DNA of 64,000 nucleotides from Marsupella aquatica (Eukaryota; Plantae; Marchantiophyta): NCBI GenBank assembly GCA_973895155.1, contig OZ316899.1, positions 1,201,573 to 1,265,572 of the forward strand, read 5' to 3'. Shown piece by piece: positions 56,601 to 64,000 of this stretch (position 1 is its first letter; each line of letters starts with the position of its first letter). The notes under the pieces were generated by a model. It saw only the letters and a program-made list of their open reading frames with translations, ran no database searches and was not told where the DNA came from. The position numbers and the translations under genes were made by a program.

Positions 56601-57900
56601 GGTATTCCAATACCTGCATGCACAACGGACATGGGGCTAACTCAAAAAACATGCTGACCGGCTACACGGACGCAGGCTACCTCTCAGACCCAGACAACGC
56701 AAAATCCCAAACGGGATACGTCTTCCTACAAGGTGGCACGGCGATCTCTTGGAAAAGCAACAAACAATCACTCGCAACGACCTCCTCAAATCATGCCGAG
56801 ATAATAGCACTTTACGAAGCCACTAGGGAAAGCATCTGGCTGAGAAACCTGATAAACCACATACACCTGCACACATGCAGAGCGCAGCTAAAGAAACCAA
56901 CAACTATATACAAAGACAACCAACCCTGCGTGGAGCAGATAGTCCAGGGATTCATCAAAGGGGATAGAATCAAACACATAGCACCCAAATTCTGTTTCAC
57001 TCACAAACAACATGGCAAACAGGTCCAAGTACAATGGATTCCAAGTAAAGACAACCGCGCGGACTTGTTCACTTAACCACTCCCACCAGCGCTACACCGC
57101 AAACATGCCTACGGGATAGGACTGCGAAGTATGGCATCACTTTTACAAGGACAAGAATGAAGCACGCCATTGAGGAACTTACCCAAACTGCACACCCATT
57201 ACTGTCGATCAAACTGATACAACGGGAACTCCAACAGCATATGCTACCCCAATCCGCCACCACAAACCATCGAGAATCACGCAGAACCGATGAGATTTGA
57301 TCAATCCCAACACACAAACGACGACCTCCCGACACGGCCGCACCGACTACCGAACTAACGAAGATTGAAACGATGTCAACAGGCCACCAAAGCAATAGGC
57401 CGACGACTGGAGGCGTCCAACCCGTGACCCGCAGGATGAGGGTAGGAGCGTAAACAGCTCCTTAAACATAAACACAGACCATGAGCCTTTAGACACATTA
57501 ACGGACATATACATAGAGATTACACCTTTTAATTTCCCTTATGCACCCTCTTTGCATACTATAAGGACTTACATTCAATAGCTGGACCCAAACTTATGTT
57601 ATAGTAGTGGCACTCTTTCCATGATGGAAGCATGGTTTTAATGAGACCATACTACATTGGGCCAGACCATAGAACCAACACCATAGGGTTAGTTTTCCCC
57701 ATCACATGGTTGGCTGTAACACACTCATCACCCAACCAAGGGGGAGTGTTACAAGTGATAAACCTAACCCCGGTAAACTAGACTTACCCTAGTGAATAGG
57801 GACAAGAGGTGGTTACATAACCACCAAGCCATGTACTATATAGGGAGCCCCATACTCCCAAATGGAATAGAAGGTAGTGAGTTTGTTGGCGCATGACATC
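53640..57900 (+). mobile_element. Ty1/copia element, Bianca-like lineage; 5' part (LTR, gag) missing, pol disrupted
   Basis: IEGYGPTRVRFPKGT..RNLISFNDI, WHNRLSHPG, ERIQADVCGPIEPPSGPF, IDASTKWS, IRVDNAGE, YKACLVAKGYTQIPGRDF, LDVITAYLYG, YGLKQSG, IYVDD, GYTDAGY, QGGTAISWKS. PPT CCAAGGGGGAG followed by TGTTACA at 57747. The LTR right end is uncertain. Confidence 0.9.
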
Positions 57901-58002
57901 TATGTCCCTGAATAGATAATTATGCGATGCCGAATACTAGCGCCAGGCGTTTATAGGCAAAACAAACACAAACGCATCATGCCAAATACTAGCGCCGGAC
58001 GT

Positions 58003-58929
58003 TGTCGCGAGGACTTAAAGTTAGGGGCTCCTCGCGCAAACTACGCGTTTCTGGCTACGATTGGGACAGGCGACAATCACTTTTCGGAGCGAACTCTCAC
58101 TCCTTTATATTTTTTTACTTTTCTCACAAAGGTTACAATAGGTGCCCTCGAGTAAGCTTGCCCGCAAGAGTCTCGTAGCTGGCCCTACAGCGGGCCGCTA
58201 CCTCTAACTTATCGAGTAGAACTCCTCGAGTGACTAACTACTCAAAATCTGACGGAAAAACTATCCTCCTTAGCTCACAAAACCAAAACTCGACTAGCTA
58301 CTCCACTAGTCTAAAACAGCTCACACGGAACTCGGGCCTGGACCAACGAGGCTCCAAACTCGAGAAATCCTCGCCTGGATCGACAAGACTCCAAACTTGA
58401 GAAATCCTTGCCTAGATCAACGAGACTCCAAACTCGAGAAAAATCCCCACCTGGATCGAAAAGACTCCAAGCTTGAGAAATCCCCGCCTGGATCAATGAG
58501 ACTCCAAACTCTAGAAAAATCCCCGCCTGGATCGAAAACTCCACACCTAGATCCAACACTCGCTCAGAACTCCAAAACCAGCGCACAACAGTCAAGTTCC
58601 GCAAAACGGAGCGGAACTCACAGAACGCAACTCAACAGATCTCAATAGACAACCGCCAACCTCAATGAGCCGAGGCTCAAGTCTTAAGTAGCATCGAAAA
58701 CCCAACCATCCAGCCTGAGCCAGCTGCCATCAGCGAGGCTCATCCAAACTCCAAGCCTGGAGACTCACCCAAACACCAACCTTGGTGACGACGAGTCACC
58801 CAATCACCAAACCTCAATCCATCCAACCAAGCAGCCCCTCCGAGTCAACATGCACGCAATCCAACAGGGAGGCCTCGCCCATCATCCCCTATAAAAGCCA
58901 TTCCTGAGCCAAAATCTTTTGGCACAACA
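58003..58929 (-). repeat. 3' LTR of gypsy Y2 (927 bp, expanded tandem repeats)
   Basis: TGTCGCGAGG...GGCACAACA followed by the PPT complement TCCTCCCCCAG; same family as the Y1 LTRs. Confidence 0.92.
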
Positions 58930-58974
58930 TCCTCCCCCAGTAAACCTGAGCAGCCTCCGGTCTGCTCCAATCCA

Positions 58975-60261
58975 TCAGATTTCCTCTAAGTTTGAGTCCA
59001 AACTTGAGCCATGCGCCTGGACCACTTCCTCCTCAAGAAACTCAAACCCAAAGCCTTTAGACTCGGCCTTAGGCACTCCACTTTCCAGAAACTCAAAGTC
59101 CAACTCATCTGAATCAGAACCAGTCAAGCCACTTTCAAAACGCAAGTCCAACGGATGCGCCTGGACCAGTGCCTCATCTTCAAATTCACTCAAGTCGGAA
59201 CTTGAGTCCATTCCCTTCTCGGTCCTCCTCTTGAAGATCTTCACCCTTTTCCCTGCATAAGGTACTTGGTGAACTGTTCCATCCAACTCCCAAATAGTGT
59301 AGGTCGCATTCGCATGAACAACAACCACCACATACGGACCTTGCCACCTCCGAGAAAACTTGTTTTGGCTCAAGTGTTGCTCGTCCAACTTACTTTCGTA
59401 AACCAGAACCCAATCCCCTTCCTTAACCAAGACAGGCCTCAACCGATGAGTCCTGTTGAACCTGCCCTTGTTCCTTAACCTCGCCATCTTCAATTGCTTC
59501 CGAGCCACCTCAATCTTTGCGGGTAACAAGTTGAAGTGTTTGATCCTTGGAGCTAGCAACTCCTCTCTCAAAACTTCATCTTTCCATCCAATCAGTTGCC
59601 AACTGCAAATATCTTCCTCGAGTGGCATCATCGGCAAGTGCCCAGTAAGTAGCTCAGCCAGAACGTATCCGGTCACTGAGCTACAAGTCATCCGATCCGC
59701 TAACAGAGCAAGTGGAAGGAGACTCGACCACCTGCCCAAGTCCCCATCACAAGCCTTAGCTAAAGCGCCCACAATCTGGATGTGCCCCCTTTCAGATTTC
59801 CCATTGCCTTCCGGATTATAACTTGAAGTCAGCTTCAGTTTGATGCAGTATTGGTCAAAAAAATCTTGCGCTTCCTTGGAGCTGAGCTCCCCCCTATCAG
59901 CTCTGATCCTTGTAAAGCACCCATGCCTTGCAATGATATCCTCAAGTATGAACTGGCAAACGGTAGCAGTAGTGTTCGAAACCAACGCTCTCCCTTCCAC
60001 ATAAGAAGACAAGTCTTCTCTCGCCAAAACCAAGTATCTCGCCCCATTGCTCTCTCTCGGCATGTACACCACATCAACAGCCCATTGAAAGTGTAGAGCC
60101 ACGGGGTAAGTTGGAACCAATCCATCCCTATGTCGGATCCTCAAGTAAAACTGGCAAATCTTGCAAGTCTCGACATAGTCTCGAATGGCCAAGTATAAAC
60201 CTGGCCACCAATACAGCTTCCGAACCCTCTTGTAAGTTGAATGCACCCCTTTGTGCCCAGC
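58975..60261 (-). CDS. Gypsy Y2 integrase (open ~428 aa, N-terminus cut by the Z insertion)
   Basis: AGHKGV..WWPGL..CKICQ, WAVDVVYMP, AREDLSSYVEGRAL, IRADRGE, YNPEGNGKSERGH, WQGPYVV. Confidence 0.92.
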   Translation of the reverse strand, partial: AGHKGVHSTYKRVRKLYWWPGLYLAIRDYVETCKICQFYLRIRHRDGLVPTYPVALHFQWAVDVVYMPRESNGARYLVLAREDLSSYVEGRALVSNTTATVCQFILEDIIARHGCFTRIRADRGELSSKEAQDFFDQYCIKLKLTSSYNPEGNGKSERGHIQIVGALAKACDGDLGRWSSLLPLALLADRMTCSSVTGYVLAELLTGHLPMMPLEEDICSWQLIGWKDEVLREELLAPRIKHFNLLPAKIEVARKQLKMARLRNKGRFNRTHRLRPVLVKEGDWVLVYESKLDEQHLSQNKFSRRWQGPYVVVVVHANATYTIWELDGTVHQVPYAGKRVKIFKRRTEKGMDSSSDLSEFEDEALVQAHPLDLRFESGLTGSDSDELDFEFLESGVPKAESKGFGFEFLEEEVVQAHGSSLDSNLEEI

Positions 60262-63200
60262 TGTGGTGCGTCCCATGGCTCCCTAAACCCAAGAAACCCC
60301 CCAGCTCAAGCCGATTCCCGCAGGTTTCGCGCTTGGCGAGGCCGTTTCCGCGGCTTAGCGGCATGGGACGCTGCTAACCTTCTTCTACTACTACTATTAA
60401 CATTTTACACACATATACTGGACAGATCCTTCATCGGGTCATGAGATACGTAGCCGGCCTAATCTAGGCCTTCCCTTGTCTTCCCCTCCGTCTTGTTAGG
60501 TATGTTTGGATTCCGCCGCCGGAATGATCCCCAATAGGCTTGGTTAAGCCGCTAAGACCTCTCTCAGCTCGACACATCCAACTCTCACTCCCCTGCTTAC
60601 TTTCCTTCCTCTATTAGTTGATGTGGGCACTCTTCACACAAGTTAATGCGACACACAAATAGCAAAATGACTCCTTCTGACTGAGTCATACCATGCACTG
60701 GCCATACAAACAGTACATCTCATACACAAGCTCTGCGAACTAAGCCGTGAGGCCAACTCTACTCAGCTCTTAGGCATGAGGAAACATGAATATACACAAG
60801 GGTCACTGTATGACTAACCGAGAGCTTCTCTTACTACTTGATCCCAGCCCGGCTGGTGCAAACTAAAAACTTGCTAAAGAAGAGGCCCTGAGCTCCCCAC
60901 TGCCCAGGTACTTATCCTGGTAGTGGATCCGCCTAATTCTTTGCAGCGTAAGCCTAATCTACCTAACAGTAATCTACTTGCCCGGATCTACCTATGTACA
61001 GCAAGGCAGGAGCACAAGTGTTGCTCCTACCAGTGGAACCGCAATCCCACTAAGCTAAGTGTCAGGGCCGCTCCTGGTCCTGATCCTAATCCTAAACTTG
61101 GAGATCAGCGCCCGCCCTGCCCACTCACGCCTCCTCCCTCCACGTCCGCCCTTCCTAAAAGGAACGGCGCCCTTGCACCGTCACGACACCGGTGGTGGAT
61201 CCTCAATGGACGCCCCCAACGCTTCCTCCTCAGCCACTGCCATAGGTTCGTTTTCTAACAGATTACCTGCCCTTGACTGAGTCAACTCTCCATCGGCCTG
61301 ACTGAGTCCACCATCGGCATCGGCATTGGCTCGGGAATCATTCTTGGCTACGGCCTCAGCCTCGGCTACGGTCTCCCCGGCCTGCTCAAGAGGCGGATCT
61401 GGGATACCGGCCTCATTACTGAGTAGTTTGGCTTGGGCCGCACCATCCCCACCTTTGGTGATAGCGGGATCTATTGCCGTGTTCATGCCGGAGGTTGGTG
61501 CTGGGTCTACCTCCTTGGTCACCACGGCCTGTGGAGTCGTATTACTCCTTGACCCTGAAGGTTTCCGCTTCTTCTTCTTTTCTGGTTTGGTAGCTGGTCC
61601 CTTCCCCTTCCCACCTACTTCCGGCACTGGTGCAAGTGGCGCGGCTTGTTCTTCGGCCAGTACCTCTCCTGGTAACTTGGTTGCCCCAATTGGAGTTGGG
61701 CCTAATGAAGACAAGCACTTAAATACTGCGGCTTGTTTCTTCAACCGCTCTATTTGGTTGTCGGCCCGCCGCTGGAGGTTCTCCATCTTCCTCATGATTT
61801 CCTCCAACTCCTCCTGGGTCTCATCCAGGTCCTTGCGTGCCTCTTCTAGCTCGTTTTTGGCTTCCTCCAATTCCCTCTTGGTGGTAGCCCTCTCCTCCCT
61901 GGTTGCTCTTAGCTCCTTGTCGAGCTTTGCAATGATGACAGACTCCATCTGGTTCATCTTGGCGTAAGTTTGATCGAGCATCTCGTCCTTCTCCCGTAGG
62001 TCGGCCTTGAAGCTGGCCGTCAGGGACGCAAGCTCCTGCTGCAGCGCCATAATCCCTTGATAGGATTTCCCTAACTCGGCCTCCTTCTACTCAAGGGCTC
62101 CGCGGATTTTCTCGAGCTCCTCCTTCAACGCCCATTCCTTTCTTTGGGTCTCCGCCATGGCCCGGTTGTTGGCTGTTATGTGGGCCTCCTCTGCATTCCT
62201 CAGCTCTCGTTTCCACTTCTCCCTCTCTTTGATCGTATCGGCCAACTCTCCTTGGGTCCGCGTCAGTAGATTCTCGATCATCCGATTATCAGATTGTGCG
62301 GTATCCAACTGGCCCTGCATGATATTTAGCTCATGCCGCTTAATCCGCAGCTCATCTTGGGCTTTCTTGGCCACCCTCAGGTCCTTGATTTCGGCTTTCC
62401 TTTCCCTAAGCCGACGGATGACCTCGTCCTTCTTGCTTCTTTCCAAGGCCACCGCTTCTTCTAATTGGCGCTTCTCCAACATCTCCCTCTGGAAAAAGGG
62501 TCCCTACTCCAACTCCTCCCCAAAGATGCTGAGCGCCAGTTCTCCACACATCTCCCCGTACTCCATGGCTCTGTCTTTAGCATAGGTGGAGGAAGTAGAA
62601 GTCATCGGCATCATCCACCGCAGCCTCTGCTCCCAAGCCGTCTTGCGGATCTCTTTAATCGTGGCTAGAGGTTTGCTTCCTTTTTTGGCTAGCCGCTTGA
62701 TGTCCTCTGGCCAATCTCCTCCTGGCAAATCCTTTTCCCTAGCCAGGGCTGCCTTCTCTTCCTGCCTGATTCGCTCCTGAAATTCCTGAGCCATCTGTTT
62801 TATGCCGTCAAAGCTCGGGGGAGCAACATCTGGTGGGGGAGACTCAGGGCTACTTTGCTGGTTGGGGTCCCCTCGTACTACCCTTGGAAGTGTGGGGATA
62901 AACCGGCCACAGGTCCTTACTCCTGGAACGTGATGGTCCGACCCATAGCCGGAGTTATCATGGCTGCAGTCCTCCACTGCCTCCTCTACTTCTTGGACTT
63001 CCGGCTTCTCCCTCTCCTCTTCGTCGGTAGGAGCTTCAGGCAATTCTGCCTCAGATTCAGAGCTTGAGACTCCCACGTACATTCGAACACCCGGCTTGGA
63101 TTCTGGCCTGATTCTCTCCTTGTCTCCAGTAAAGGGGTTTTCCCTTGTAAGCCGGTGTAGGCCTACCTCTGGAGTAGTGTCCTGCATTGTTGTCGTTGCC

Positions 63201-64000
63201 GTTGTCGTTGCCGATGCCGATCTCTTTTCTTTCTCCAGTAGTTTCAGCAGATTCTGCATGCCTGGTTGCTGCATCGGCAAGTCTTCCTTCCTTGGCCTAA
63301 ACACCTGCTCGATCGTAGCGCTAACAGGTGGTTGAGGCTTCTCTGCTACCGGCCTCGGTGCTGGAGCTTCCTCGGGTGCCCTTACCTGCAGGGGAAGTAC
63401 TGGGGCAAAGGTTTGTCCTCTGGCATACCGGCACAACAGCGGCATGTGATAGCCAAGCCGCGACACGCTCCCCATGCCGATTACCTGCTGCTCCTCCTTT
63501 AAGATCTTCTTCAATTGGTTGAGGAGGTACCCGTTGTAGTCCCGGCTTGGGTCTGGCCTCTCTGCCAGATAGACCTGTGCCTTGCCGATCTCTGCCCTCA
63601 GCAAGTTACAGTGCATGGTCACCCGCAAGAAGTCGATCATCTCTCCTATGTGTGGGTTGGTGCAGGTGTTCCGGAAGAAGCCATTCTTCGTTGATGGCCC
63701 GGGGAACGACCGGAACTCCTTGTCAGGCAAGGTCTTCCTGGTATCAACTTTGGTCTTATTGCCTATCGGCAAGCCAAACACTTCGGCAATCACCTTGGGA
63801 GTAAGATAGAAATCCTTCCCATATATCCTCGTGCAATTGGTCTCGGGTTCCCATGACCCCACGAATTCTAATAGGTCTGAATCCGGTACCTCTGGCTTCA
63901 GCCATGGTAATCTTACAAAGGCCTCTAAGTCGGATCCGGCCATGAAGCCTTGGTACTTCTTGGTCTGCATGGCCGTAAAGCATGCATCCTCCTCCCGTGC
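60262..64000 (-). mobile_element. Retroelement Z: probable giant gene-bearing LTR inserted in Y2 integrase; continues beyond the window
   Basis: Integrase similarity stops at a TGTGGTGCG start. About 900 bp non-coding, then minus-strand ORFs with the same layout as the X and V LTRs. The other end and TSD are not visible. Confidence 0.65.
61181..63970 (-). pseudogene. Accessory gene of Z (plant-transposon-type domain plus long coiled coil), split by stops
   Basis: LEAFVRLPW..LLEFVGSW..IYGKDFYLTPKVIAEVFGLPIG..KNGFFRNTC aligns with the X and V domain; ORFs 62504-63970, 62087-62482 and 61181-62050. Confidence 0.8.

Noticed and set aside
61181-62482. Coiled-coil ORFs as host SMC, myosin or kinesin genes
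   Set aside because: No ATPase or motor domain and no introns; they are continuous with a retroelement accessory ORF.
878-64000. Numerous 60-150 aa ORFs opposite or overlapping the TE genes
   Set aside because: No recognisable motifs; they are expected shadow ORFs in GC-rich coding DNA.

Overview
Plant nuclear heterochromatin, probably from a seed-free plant (inferred from retroelement lineages, GT-AG introns, CCCTAAA telo-boxes and F-box genes). The window is almost entirely nested transposons. I found no intact host gene, rRNA, tRNA or CRISPR array. Nesting was reconstructed from target-site duplications (TSDs) that restore interrupted reading frames. An old iMet-primed Ty3/gypsy (W: ~5090-5828, 47457-47857, 51734-53471) is split by a 41.6 kb gypsy element (X: 5829-47456, TSD GGTAG) and by a 3.9 kb solo LTR (V: 47858-51728, TSD AAATT). 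X has ~4 kb LTRs that each carry an ~800-codon gene; homologues sit in V and in a third family (Z, 60262 to the window end). X's 3' LTR holds an internally deleted gypsy (Y1: 9166-14091, TSD ACGG). X's gag is split by the main discovery, a 22,635 bp DNA transposon (19491-42125) with a perfect 19 bp TIR and a 4 bp TSD (TGGT). It encodes a Sola-related DDE transposase on the minus strand. On the plus strand it carries two F-box genes, a ParB-like plus degenerate methyltransferase-like gene, a long charged tract, an ESD4/ULP1-type SUMO protease and an FCP1-like phosphatase. About 21 copies of a 15 bp palindrome (CGGAAC-N3-GTTCCG) lie upstream of and within these genes. This copy is inactivated by premature stops, mostly TGA or TAA codons that read as CGA/CAA deamination products. 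Family and domain assignments are by motif recognition only; no searches were run.
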